The notes beneath the pieces were generated by a model. The model saw only the letters and a program-made list of their open reading frames with translations, was not told the origin of the DNA and ran no database searches. Below are positions 21,606 through 31,235 of a stretch of 64,000 bases of DNA, piece by piece (within the stretch, counting starts at the first letter, position 1; the number at the start of each line of letters is the position of its first letter). The stretch lies in NCBI GenBank assembly GCA_934098385.1, contig CAKOOJ010000001.1, positions 137,249 to 201,248 of the forward strand, read 5' to 3'. Source of the stretch: an uncultured Bacilli bacterium (GTDB lineage: Bacteria > Bacillota_I > Bacilli_A > RF39 > UBA660). A program made the translations under genes and the position numbers.

Positions 21606-22804
21606 TATATCATCTCTTTCATAATTTTATTTCTATCACTGAGTAAATTTACTAGTTTATCTATTTCTTCATATGTGTTATAAAAATATAAACTAACTCT
21701 TAATGAATTTTTTACACCAGTTTCGTCTTTTAATATTTTAGCACAATGATTACCTGCTCTTACACAAATATTATATTTATTTAGGTAAAATGCTACATCT
21801 TGACTAAATATTCCATCTATATTGAATGATACTATACCAGAATCACTTTCTAAGTTTATTATATCTATATATGGTAATTTTATTAATTTATCTATTAAAT
21901 ATGCTTTTAATTTTTTTTCGTAATCAAATATATTATCCATACCTATTTTATTTAAGTAATCAATTGCTGCACCTAATCCTATTGCACCAGCTATATTTGG
22001 TGTTCCGGCTTCTAGTCTAGTTGGTAATTCTTTTAAATAAACTTCACTAGGATTATCGAATGATTCGTTCATTCCTCCACCCATATTTATTGGTTCTAAT
22101 TTTTCTAAAAATTCTTTTTTTCCATATAAAACACCTATACCTGTTGGACCACACATTTTATGTCCAGAAAATACTAGGAAATCCATATCACTTTTTTTTA
22201 CATCGACTTTTTTATGTGGAACTAATTGTGCTCCATCTATTACAACGAAAATATTATTTGCGTGAGCAAATTTACATATTTCATCTATTGGTCTTTCATC
22301 ACCAACAACATTTGTTATTCCTGCAATACTTATTACTTTTGTTTTGTCAGTTATACTATTTATTACGTTATCCATTGTGACGTGTAAATTTTCATCTAAA
22401 TCTATATAATTTACTTTTATCCCAATAGTATTAACTAATTTAAACCATGGAAGTACATTTGATGCATGTTCACTCTTTGTTATTAAAACTTCATCGCCAG
22501 GTTCTAATAAATGCATGAAAAATCCATTAATAATCATATTAAGTGATTCTGTTGCACCACTTGTAAATATTGTTTCATCAAATTCAGCATTTATAAAATC
22601 AGCTACTTTTTTACGAGCGTTTTCATAATTGACATCAACTTTATAGCTAATTGTATAATCCCCTCTATGTGCGTTCGCACTATAATTTTTATAATAATCA
22701 GTTATTGCATCAATTACTGAATCTGGTTTAAAAGTTGTTGCTCCATTATCAAAATATATAATATCATTTCTTAACATTGGAAAATCATATCTATATTCTG
22801 TCAT
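21605..22804 (-). CDS. sufS: cysteine desulfurase, class V aminotransferase family
   Basis: SGHKMCGPTGIGVLYG (PLP lysine) and RAGNHCA (catalytic Cys loop). 399 aa. Confidence 0.9.
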   Translation of the reverse strand: MTEYRYDFPMLRNDIIYFDNGATTFKPDSVIDAITDYYKNYSANAHRGDYTISYKVDVNYENARKKVADFINAEFDETIFTSGATESLNMIINGFFMHLLEPGDEVLITKSEHASNVLPWFKLVNTIGIKVNYIDLDENLHVTMDNVINSITDKTKVISIAGITNVVGDERPIDEICKFAHANNIFVVIDGAQLVPHKKVDVKKSDMDFLVFSGHKMCGPTGIGVLYGKKEFLEKLEPINMGGGMNESFDNPSEVYLKELPTRLEAGTPNIAGAIGLGAAIDYLNKIGMDNIFDYEKKLKAYLIDKLIKLPYIDIINLESDSGIVSFNIDGIFSQDVAFYLNKYNICVRAGNHCAKILKDETGVKNSLRVSLYFYNTYEEIDKLVNLLSDRNKIMKEMI

Positions 22805-22821
22805 GTTATCACCTCCAAATT

Positions 22822-23409
22822 CTATCTAGCTTCATTATTTAAGAAACCATCTAAAATTAATCTAATAGAATTTTCTCTATTTATTCCTTTACTCATTAAA
22901 TAAAATATATAATCTTCATTTACTAAAGATATACTTGCACTATGATTTGCAGAAACATTTTTTGTATCTATATACATATTAGGATAAATATTAGATGTTC
23001 CATTATTAATATTTAATAATTTAATATTCTCATCTAGTTCATTATCTATTGTATTTTCATTTACTTTACCATCAATAATAACACTACTTTTTCCACCATC
23101 ACTTATACCATGTATATTAATAGTATTTTTTGATTTATTTCCTATCATTTTTACATTTATATAAACATTATAATCTTTTTTTGATATAAAACTATGATTA
23201 TATAAGAACTCACTATTATTATTTTCTATTATATTTATTTTTAATTCACTTTTATCTATTTCACTATAATGATTTATTATAAATTTTATATTATCTTTTA
23301 ATTCTATATTTAATTCATTTATATTATATTCTTTTTTTATATTACATATAGTATCTTTATCTATACATATATTTATAATATTTTCTTTATCTAATACTAG
23401 TTTATTCAT
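22822..23409 (-). CDS. minimal SufB/SufD-family protein (195 aa)
   Basis: The C-terminus ..VSANHSASISLVNEDYIFYLMSKGINRENSIRLILDGFL matches the SufB/D C-terminal signature. Overlaps the sufC stop by 8 nt. It is well under half the length I would expect for SufB or SufD. Confidence 0.6.
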   Translation of the reverse strand: MNKLVLDKENIINICIDKDTICNIKKEYNINELNIELKDNIKFIINHYSEIDKSELKINIIENNNSEFLYNHSFISKKDYNVYINVKMIGNKSKNTINIHGISDGGKSSVIIDGKVNENTIDNELDENIKLLNINNGTSNIYPNMYIDTKNVSANHSASISLVNEDYIFYLMSKGINRENSIRLILDGFLNNEAR

Positions 23410-24157
23410 TATTTATATTCTCACTTACTTTATTTGTCCTATTAAAACCATTATTTTCTATATTTTCTGCTAAACTATAATCTCCTGTTTTTATTATTTT
23501 TCCATTTTCTATTATATGTACATAGTTAGGAGTTAATTTTTTTAATATATTAGTATGATGAGTTATTATTAGAAATGAACATGAATGGGTATCAAAATAT
23601 TCTTTTAGTGAATCACATATGGTATTTAAGTTGTCAACATCTACTCCGCTATCTATTTCATCTAAAAGTATTAGGTCTGGTTCTAGAACCCATAAATGCA
23701 TAAGTTCATTTTTTTTTCTTTCTCCACCAGACATATTTTCGTTAATGCCTCTGTGTATAAAACTTTTATCTACATTTATCTTTTCACATACTTTATTCAT
23801 AAGTTTAGAGAATTCAAATATATTTACACTTTTAGCAGTTTTAGCCTCTAAAGCTAATCTTAACATTTCAGAGTTTTTTACTCCTTCTATCTCGATGGGA
23901 TTTTGATTTACTAAGAAAATACCATTTCTAGCACGTTCTGTTGTATCTAATTTTAATAAATCAACATCTTTATAGAAAATACTTCCTTCATCTACTGTAT
24001 ATGTTGGATCTCCCATTAATACTTTACATATTGTACTTTTACCACTTCCATTTAGTCCCATTAATGAGTGTATTTCATTATCATTTATTTCTAAATTAAA
24101 ATCTTTTAATATAATTTTATCTTTTACACTTACTGTTAAATTTTTTATACTTAACAT
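23402..24157 (-). CDS. sufC: Fe-S cluster assembly ATPase SufC
   Basis: GLNGSGKST, MSGGERKK, ILLDEIDSGVD. Confidence 0.9.
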   Translation of the reverse strand: MLSIKNLTVSVKDKIILKDFNLEINDNEIHSLMGLNGSGKSTICKVLMGDPTYTVDEGSIFYKDVDLLKLDTTERARNGIFLVNQNPIEIEGVKNSEMLRLALEAKTAKSVNIFEFSKLMNKVCEKINVDKSFIHRGINENMSGGERKKNELMHLWVLEPDLILLDEIDSGVDVDNLNTICDSLKEYFDTHSCSFLIITHHTNILKKLTPNYVHIIENGKIIKTGDYSLAENIENNGFNRTNKVSENINNE

Positions 24158-24167
24158 GTTATCACCT

Positions 24168-25454
24168 CTAATTTTTTAAAGCAGTTATGGGTACAACATA
24201 TATTCCATCTGGTCTTTTATATGCTGCATTTGACATACCACATATAATACACATAACTTTTGGTATTTTACCATTCTCTTTTTCTATTCCATTTTTTATT
24301 TTTATTAAATTATTTGCAGCACTTTCTATTTGATTAGCACCTAATTTAATTTCAAATGCACACCAATCTCCATCTTCTAGTTCTATTATTGTATCTATTT
24401 CTCTATTTGAATAATCTTGATAATGGAAACATTTAGCATTAAATGTTGATGCATATATTTTTAAATCTCTTTCCACTAATGCTTCAAATAAAAATCCAAA
24501 AGTTTCTAAATCATTTATCAATTTATCAACTGATAAATTTAAAAGTGCACTAGCAATGGAAGGATCAACAAAGTGTCTTTTTTCTGATTGTTTTACTCTT
24601 ATTGAAGATCTTATATTTGTACTAAAAGGTTCGTCATTATCTAGTAAAAACAATTTGTTTAAAGCATTTAGATATGATGATACCGTATCTGTATCTATAT
24701 CTTCATTATCTTTTTCTTGTATATCATTTTTTAATGTTTTTATGCTTACAGTAGTTGATTCATTTCTTGCTAAAGATTTTAGTAGTAAATTCATTTTATG
24801 TTTATCTCTAGTTATACCATCTAATCTTTGTAGGTCGTCATCTATAATTAATTTTATATATTCTTTAACAGCTTCTCTTGCATCTAGGTCATTTAATTCT
24901 AAATTACCTGGCCAACCACCACGTATAATTAAATTAGCTAGTTTTCTTAAATCTACATTCCCAGTAGAGCATGAAATTTTTTTATTATCACAAATATCTT
25001 CTAGTGAAATTAATCCACTTGAATCACCAGATTCGTATAAAGACATGGTTCTTAAATTTATTTTTCCATATCTTCCTGCACCACTATGACTTATTCCGTT
25101 TCTTTTTGGTGTAGATGAGCCAGTTAATATATATTGTCCTTTTAAACCATTTCTATCGACATCATATCTTATTTCATCCCAAAGATTAGTAGCCTCTTGC
25201 CATTCGTCAATTAATCTAGGCTTTTCACCTTCAAGAATTATTTCAGGAGATATTTTTGCTAGTTCTATTTCATTTGAAGTTTCTCCAGTTGTTTTTTTTA
25301 AAAGAATTTCACTTTTTGCAAATTTTCTTCCTGTCCATGTTTTACCACAATATTTTGGTCCTTCAATAACTACAGCACCAAATATTTTTAAATATCTCTC
25401 TAAGGTTTTATCTAACAATCTAGGTTTATACAAATCATTAATATTTTCATTCAT
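24168..25454 (-). CDS. AAA-type ATP-binding protein with a DUF4143-like C-terminal half
   Basis: Walker A GPKYCGKTW. 428 aa. The overall pattern matches the COG1373/DUF4143 ATPase family (from memory). Confidence 0.7.
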   Translation of the reverse strand: MNENINDLYKPRLLDKTLERYLKIFGAVVIEGPKYCGKTWTGRKFAKSEILLKKTTGETSNEIELAKISPEIILEGEKPRLIDEWQEATNLWDEIRYDVDRNGLKGQYILTGSSTPKRNGISHSGAGRYGKINLRTMSLYESGDSSGLISLEDICDNKKISCSTGNVDLRKLANLIIRGGWPGNLELNDLDAREAVKEYIKLIIDDDLQRLDGITRDKHKMNLLLKSLARNESTTVSIKTLKNDIQEKDNEDIDTDTVSSYLNALNKLFLLDNDEPFSTNIRSSIRVKQSEKRHFVDPSIASALLNLSVDKLINDLETFGFLFEALVERDLKIYASTFNAKCFHYQDYSNREIDTIIELEDGDWCAFEIKLGANQIESAANNLIKIKNGIEKENGKIPKVMCIICGMSNAAYKRPDGIYVVPITALKN

Positions 25455-25478
25455 AATTTAGACTCCTTTTCTGATTAA

Positions 25479-25507
25479 ATTATATTATATTTTCGTTTAT
25501 TAGTCAA
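25479..25507 (-). promoter_or_regulatory. sigma-A-type promoter of the DUF4143 ATPase gene
   Basis: TTGACT-17 nt-TATAAT, with AAGGAG RBS downstream. Confidence 0.5.
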
Positions 25508-25510
25508 TAT

Positions 25511-25602
25511 TCATTCGGCCATATTTTACATTTCTATTCGGTCATATTTTTAATTTTCATTCGGTCATATTTCGAATTTCCATTCGGTCATATTTTTCAA
25601 AT
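25511..25602. repeat. 4 x 23-bp tandem direct repeat (core ATTCGGTCATATTT)
   Basis: The ATTCGG cores start at 25513, 25536, 25559 and 25582, an exact 23-bp period. The array abuts the -35 of the ATPase promoter. Confidence 0.9.
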
Positions 25603-25613
25603 GAAAAAGACAT

Positions 25614-27362
25614 CTATTCTAAGATTGCCTTTATTCTTCTAACACCAGCACTACTTGCTTCTTCTTTTTTTATAATAAATTTTCCTAAACATCCAGTAGA
25701 TTTTACATGAGGTCCACCACATAACTCATGTGATATATCTCCTATACTGTATACAGTGACTACATCTGGATATTTTTCTATGAACATACATTCAGCGCCA
25801 CTATTTAGTGCATCTGTTTTACTCATTTCTTTTACTGTTACTGGAATATCTTCTTTAATCCATTTATTAACTAAATCTGATACTTTTGTTTTTTCTTCAT
25901 CTGTTAATTTATGATCGCAAGAAAAATCAAATCTCATTCTTTCACTAGTGATATTACTTCCTTTTTGATGTACTTCTGGTCCTATCACTATTTTTAAAGC
26001 AGCATTTAAAAGATGTGTTGCAGTGTGATATTTTGTTTCAATTTCTCCATTAGAAGCTAAACCACCTTTAAATTTACCGCTTGATGAAGTACGAGATAAT
26101 TCTTGATGTGCTTTAAATTTTTCTTTGAATCCATCAACATCTACAACTATTCCCATTTCGTTTGCTAGCTCAACAGTTAGTTCAATAGGAAAACCATATG
26201 TATCATATAATCTAAATGCTAAATCTTTATTAAGTTTTCCGTCTGTAATATTTTTTGTTATTTTTTCAAATTCTTTTAAACCTTTTTCTAAAGTTCTATT
26301 AAATTTTATTTTTTCGTTTGTTAATACATCTAATATTATATTATAATTTTTATCTAATTCTTCATAATATTTTCTATATTTATTAATTATTAGTTTTGCG
26401 ATTTCTATATCCCAATCACTATTAACATCTATATTTAATTTTTTTGCATGTCTTATAGCACGTCTTATTAATCTTCTTAGAATATATCCTTGGTCAGTAT
26501 TACTTGGTTTTATCATCGCATTATCTCCAGATATAAATACCGCAGTACGTATATGATCTGCTATTATACGCATACTTTTTTCATTACCTATATATGGTTT
26601 CATACTGATACGTTCTATTAATTCAATTACATCTTTCCAAACACTTGATGTGTAGTTATCATTAACACCTTCTAGTATCGCTACTACTCTTTCATATCCC
26701 ATACCAGTATCTACATTTTTTTTAGGAAGTGGTGAGATGTTTCCGTTTTCATCTTTGTAATATTGCATAAAAACATCATTCCATATTTCTACCCAACGAT
26801 CGTCTTCTGGGTCAAATACTTCTGGTATAGGATCATCACTTCTGAAATAAAACATTTCAGAATCTGTTCCACATGGCCCTATTTCTCCTGCAATCCAGAA
26901 ATTATCATCACTAGTTTGTGCTATTCTTTTATCACTTATTCCTAGACTTTTCCATATTTTTATTGCTTCAACATCTTTATCTAATATATCATTTCCTTTA
27001 AATACTGTTACCGCTAATTTTTCTTTAGGTATTTTTAATACGTCTGTTAAAAATTCAAAACTCCATGTTATTGCTTCTTTTTTAAAATAATCTCCTAAAC
27101 TCCAATTACCTAGCATTTCAAAAAATGTGTGATGATAAGTATCTCCTACCTCATCTAAATCATTAGTTCTTATGCATTTTTGATAATCTACAAGTCTTGT
27201 ACCATAAGGGTGAGGTTGACCTTTTAAGTATGGTACTAACGGTTGCATTCCTGCAGTATTAAATAAAACACTAGGGTCATTTTCAGGAACTACTGGAGCT
27301 GAAGGGATTTGTTTATGACCTCTTTTAACAAAAAAATCTATATATAAATCTTTTAAATTCAT
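25614..27362 (-). CDS. alaS: alanyl-tRNA synthetase, short form lacking the C-Ala domain
   Basis: FNTAGMQPLVPY, FFEMLGNWSLGDYFK, and the editing motifs HTATHLL and CGGPHV. The ORF ends at ..GVRRIKAILE after 582 aa. Confidence 0.9.
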   Translation of the reverse strand: MNLKDLYIDFFVKRGHKQIPSAPVVPENDPSVLFNTAGMQPLVPYLKGQPHPYGTRLVDYQKCIRTNDLDEVGDTYHHTFFEMLGNWSLGDYFKKEAITWSFEFLTDVLKIPKEKLAVTVFKGNDILDKDVEAIKIWKSLGISDKRIAQTSDDNFWIAGEIGPCGTDSEMFYFRSDDPIPEVFDPEDDRWVEIWNDVFMQYYKDENGNISPLPKKNVDTGMGYERVVAILEGVNDNYTSSVWKDVIELIERISMKPYIGNEKSMRIIADHIRTAVFISGDNAMIKPSNTDQGYILRRLIRRAIRHAKKLNIDVNSDWDIEIAKLIINKYRKYYEELDKNYNIILDVLTNEKIKFNRTLEKGLKEFEKITKNITDGKLNKDLAFRLYDTYGFPIELTVELANEMGIVVDVDGFKEKFKAHQELSRTSSSGKFKGGLASNGEIETKYHTATHLLNAALKIVIGPEVHQKGSNITSERMRFDFSCDHKLTDEEKTKVSDLVNKWIKEDIPVTVKEMSKTDALNSGAECMFIEKYPDVVTVYSIGDISHELCGGPHVKSTGCLGKFIIKKEEASSAGVRRIKAILE

Positions 27363-28018
27363 TATTTATCACTTCCTATTTCATTTATTATTTTGTCTAC
27401 TACTTCATTTATACTCATGTTGGAAGAATCAATATATATTTGATCATTAGTTCTCTTTAAATTTCCAATAGGTTTATTAAAGTCATTATAATCTCTTGCT
27501 TTTATACTTTCTACAATTTCTTCGTAGGACATATTTATACCTTTTTCTTGATTTTGCTTATACCTTCTTTTTGCACGTTCTTCTACACTAGCATCTAAAT
27601 AAAATTTATAATCTGCTTTAGGAAAAACTACAGTAGTAATATCTCTACCTTCCATAATAACATTTTTACCTAAAGCCATTTTTCTTTGTAAATCTACTAA
27701 TATTTCTCTAACCTTAACTATACTCGATACTGGAGAGACAATATTTGTTACATCTTTATCTCTAATTCTTTCGCTAACATCTTTCCCATTTAAAAATGTA
27801 TGTCCATTTTTATCAAAATCAATATTTATTTTTTTTAACAAATCTACAACTTTATTTTCTTCTTTATAGTCTATTTTATTTTCTATACAAGCTAGAGCTA
27901 AACACCTATATGTAGCACCTGTATCGATGTAAATTAAATTACATTTTTGTGCTACTAATTTAGTTATAGTACCTTTCCCACTTCCTGCTGGTCCATCTAT
28001 TGCAACTATCATATACAT
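27362..28018 (-). CDS. cmk: cytidylate kinase
   Basis: IAIDGPAGSGKGTI..IDTGATYR. Shares 1 nt with the alaS start. Confidence 0.9.
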   Translation of the reverse strand: MYMIVAIDGPAGSGKGTITKLVAQKCNLIYIDTGATYRCLALACIENKIDYKEENKVVDLLKKINIDFDKNGHTFLNGKDVSERIRDKDVTNIVSPVSSIVKVREILVDLQRKMALGKNVIMEGRDITTVVFPKADYKFYLDASVEERAKRRYKQNQEKGINMSYEEIVESIKARDYNDFNKPIGNLKRTNDQIYIDSSNMSINEVVDKIINEIGSDK

Positions 28019-28091
28019 CCCTCACAAACAATAATATTGTATCAAAAAAGTTACTAAATATCTACTTTATTTAGTAACTTTATTATAAATC

Positions 28092-28676
28092 TTATTTTTC
28101 TTCTATACTAATTGTTTCTATTATAGGTTGTTTATCTTCTGGAATAAGTCCGTTTCCATCACCATATTTGCTAACATCATTTACTATTTTATCTACTATT
28201 TCTATACCGCTTGTTACTTTTCCAAATGCTGCGTATTCTCCATCTAAATAAGTATTATCTTTTTGCATTATGAAAAATTGACTACTAGCACTATTATTAT
28301 CACTGCTTCTTGCCATAGATATTACACCTCTAGTATGGCTAATTTTATTATTAACACCATTATTTTTAAATTCGCCTTTTATAGTTTTATTGCTACCACC
28401 AGTACCATTTTTATTAGGATCTCCACCTTGTATCATAAAACCATCAATTATTCTATGGAAAGTAAGATTATCATAAAAACCTTCTTTAGATAATTTAACA
28501 AAATTATCTACTGTTATAGGTGCAGTATCTCTATCAAGTTCCAATTTTATGTTCCCATAGTCTTTTATCTTTATAGTTGCATTAATTATATTATTATCAT
28601 TTTCCTTCCAATTTAATCCTATAATTAATACAATAAATAAAATTAATATAACAACATATTTAATATATTTTTTCAT
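28092..28676 (-). CDS. cyclophilin-type peptidyl-prolyl isomerase with an N-terminal membrane anchor
   Basis: FHRIIDGFMIQGGDP, ..MARS..NSASSQFFI.., YAAFGKV. Confidence 0.85.
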   Translation of the reverse strand: MKKYIKYVVILILFIVLIIGLNWKENDNNIINATIKIKDYGNIKLELDRDTAPITVDNFVKLSKEGFYDNLTFHRIIDGFMIQGGDPNKNGTGGSNKTIKGEFKNNGVNNKISHTRGVISMARSSDNNSASSQFFIMQKDNTYLDGEYAAFGKVTSGIEIVDKIVNDVSKYGDGNGLIPEDKQPIIETISIEEK

Positions 28677-29542
28677 CTAAATATCCTTTCATAATCTTTA
28701 ATATATTTGTTAATAACTCTTTTGTTTTTTATAACTTTATATAAATCATTTAATTCATCATTTCCATATAATATTGTTGCAATAGGTAATGTTAAAGAAC
28801 AATATAAATTAATATTACCTTCTAAATTGCATAACATCATTAATACATCTTTCATATTATTACTATTTAAAATAATATAAAATATAATTTTTAAAACATT
28901 ATAAATATTTTCGTCATATTTTATTTCACTATAATATATATTATCTTTTAATATATGTTTATATTTTATTTTATTTTTTAATGAAAAGTAATTAGGTATA
29001 TCTATTTTTAATGATTTATATTTATCATAGCCTTCTAATATATTTAATATATATTTATAATAAATAAATGCTCCTATAAGTACTTCTTCATTAATATTTG
29101 TTATAGATATAATAGGAATTATAGTATCTAGTGTATCCTCATTATAATAATTATATATTACTATTGGTATTATTCTTGATAATGATCTTGCACTATAATC
29201 TAATTCATTATATTTATAATTAATATTATTTTTTTTACTGTAATGTTCTAATATGTCTAAACTAACTTTGTCTAAATCATACACTTTATCACTAGTATAC
29301 TTACCAGTAATTAAACTCATACATAGTTTATTTAATATATCCTTAGGGACTATATTTTTGTATTTAGTAATGGAATCTATTGTAGCAAGAAGATTAGTTG
29401 TATAAAATGAATAATTTCCTTTTTCTATATTAAGTGTTTTATTATCTTTTATTACAATATTATTATCTTCATAATTATTTAATTTAGATAACCCTAAACT
29501 ATCTCCTATTATGAATGATAATATTATATTTTTTATATCCAT
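28673..29542 (-). CDS. hypothetical protein (weak ADP-ribosylglycohydrolase-like N-terminus)
   Basis: 289 aa. Only IIGDSLGLS resembles the family GDALG motif. Confidence 0.3.
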   Translation of the reverse strand: MDIKNIILSFIIGDSLGLSKLNNYEDNNIVIKDNKTLNIEKGNYSFYTTNLLATIDSITKYKNIVPKDILNKLCMSLITGKYTSDKVYDLDKVSLDILEHYSKKNNINYKYNELDYSARSLSRIIPIVIYNYYNEDTLDTIIPIISITNINEEVLIGAFIYYKYILNILEGYDKYKSLKIDIPNYFSLKNKIKYKHILKDNIYYSEIKYDENIYNVLKIIFYIILNSNNMKDVLMMLCNLEGNINLYCSLTLPIATILYGNDELNDLYKVIKNKRVINKYIKDYERIFR

Positions 29543-29547
29543 ATATT

Positions 29548-30735
29548 TTATTTATTGAATGATATTATACAACTATTCGATTCATTATAAGTACATAATT
29601 TATTATCTTTTTTATCTAATTTAAATTTATAAAATGTAGTAGCGTTAACATATATTTTTAAAATATCTTCTTCTTCATCGTATTCATTTATTCCAATTTG
29701 TTCTTTTCTATCATTAAATTTAATTGTAGATTTATTATTTTTTACTATTATTTCTTTAAAGTTAGTATTTTCATTATTAGTTTTCCATGTACCAGTTATA
29801 TTTGTTGGTAATATAGTTAATACTTCATTAGTTTTAAATCCCATATAACATAATAATATTATTACTATTATTTTTATTATGTTCGGTACTTTTTTTAAAA
29901 ATTTAGTATAACATATTGGCATCAATAATATACTTACTAATACAAAATATATAAAATTAAATTTACTATAATTAATAATTCCAAATACTAATACTAAAGA
30001 CGCTATAATATATCTTAATATATCTAGTTGTTTATCATCTTCATAAATTGCATAATCATTTATTAAATCTACTATAACACCTATTCCAAATAACCCAAGA
30101 GTTAATAAATATATAATTCCCCATTTGTAATTTTTTTCTTTAAATTTGTGTATTCCAAACCATCCAGTAAGTGCTATAAGCAAAAATTCACTACCACTTT
30201 TTGTACTTTTTATATTTTTATATTTTTCTTGTTTTTTATTAAAATATTTTAATTCTTTATTTGTGCAAATAAGATTATATACTGTATTGTAATCATTATA
30301 TAATCTTTTAAACTCTTTATTATTTTCTTTATATGTAAAATCATGTGTTAAAGTTTCTATTAATCTTTTATATATTTTTTTATTCTTATGATATAAACTA
30401 TTTAATTCTGCATATATTAAATATGCTTCTTCATATTTTTTTTCTTTATATAACTTCTCTGCTTCAATATATTTTTTATTATCTTTTAATTCTATTTTTT
30501 TTATATCTTTATTTTTTTCAATGTTATTATTTTTATTTATATCTTTATTTTCTTTAACTATATTGTCTTTTTTTATATTAATATTTTTATTTGTTTTAAT
30601 TTTAGTAGTATTGTCCTTTTTATTAACTTTATTATTTTTTTGTTTGTTATCTTTTACATTCTTTTTTTGTTTTGTTTTATTAGTTTTTATATTATTTGAT
30701 TTTTTAGTTATTTTTTTATTTGTTTTTTTATTCAT
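29548..30735 (-). CDS. TM2-domain membrane protein with a Lys/Asn-rich N-terminal region
   Basis: LTGWFGIHKFKEKNYKWGIIYLLTLGLFGIGVIVDLIND resembles the TM2 domain. Confidence 0.5.
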   Translation of the reverse strand: MNKKTNKKITKKSNNIKTNKTKQKKNVKDNKQKNNKVNKKDNTTKIKTNKNINIKKDNIVKENKDINKNNNIEKNKDIKKIELKDNKKYIEAEKLYKEKKYEEAYLIYAELNSLYHKNKKIYKRLIETLTHDFTYKENNKEFKRLYNDYNTVYNLICTNKELKYFNKKQEKYKNIKSTKSGSEFLLIALTGWFGIHKFKEKNYKWGIIYLLTLGLFGIGVIVDLINDYAIYEDDKQLDILRYIIASLVLVFGIINYSKFNFIYFVLVSILLMPICYTKFLKKVPNIIKIIVIILLCYMGFKTNEVLTILPTNITGTWKTNNENTNFKEIIVKNNKSTIKFNDRKEQIGINEYDEEEDILKIYVNATTFYKFKLDKKDNKLCTYNESNSCIISFNK

Positions 30736-30746
30736 TTTAAACCTCC

Positions 30747-31178
30747 TTATCTTGTATTTAATTCTTCTAAACTATTTACCATTATCCAATCTTCTAAAGA
30801 AGAATAATTAGGAATATCTATACCATCAATTTTTTCTAAGTCTTTAAATTCTATTAAGCATACACACTTTTTTTTCCATTTTTTTTCTTCTTGATCACAT
30901 AAATTTAATTTATCTTTATATTTGTCAAATATTTCATCTATTTCCATTTTAGTTAAGGCTTTATAACTATCTGCATTTGTTACTATGGCATGATAGTAAG
31001 ATTTGTTTTCACCTTTATTAACAAAATACAACTCATCATTAATAAATATTCTTGAATTTGGAATACGTCTAGTTGCACTACCTCTTAAAATTATAGTTCT
31101 TTCTTTATTAATTATTTTATCTAATTCTTTAGTTTTATTATCACAAATTACTATGTGTATCATGTATATCACCTGCAT
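30747..31178 (-). CDS. hypothetical protein (possibly ASCH-like)
   Basis: 143-aa ORF. The true start is probably the internal MIHIV. Confidence 0.3.
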   Translation of the reverse strand: MQVIYMIHIVICDNKTKELDKIINKERTIILRGSATRRIPNSRIFINDELYFVNKGENKSYYHAIVTNADSYKALTKMEIDEIFDKYKDKLNLCDQEEKKWKKKCVCLIEFKDLEKIDGIDIPNYSSLEDWIMVNSLEELNTR

Positions 31179-31235
31179 ATATTATTCTATCATAATTTAA
31201 TGTAATTTAAATAAAAAAATTCACATTTTTGTGAA

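Noticed and set aside
25511-25602. Possible CRISPR array or minisatellite-encoded peptide.
   Set aside because: The 23-bp units are contiguous with no spacers, there are only four copies, no cas genes are present and no ORF spans them. Treated as a regulatory tandem repeat instead.
29548-30735. Lys/Asn-rich repetitive 5' third of the TM2-domain gene (and the similar Asn/Glu/Thr-rich stretch in 6233..7447) as DNA repeat elements.
   Set aside because: This is low-complexity coding sequence typical of AT-rich genomes. There is no fixed repeat unit and the reading frame is maintained.
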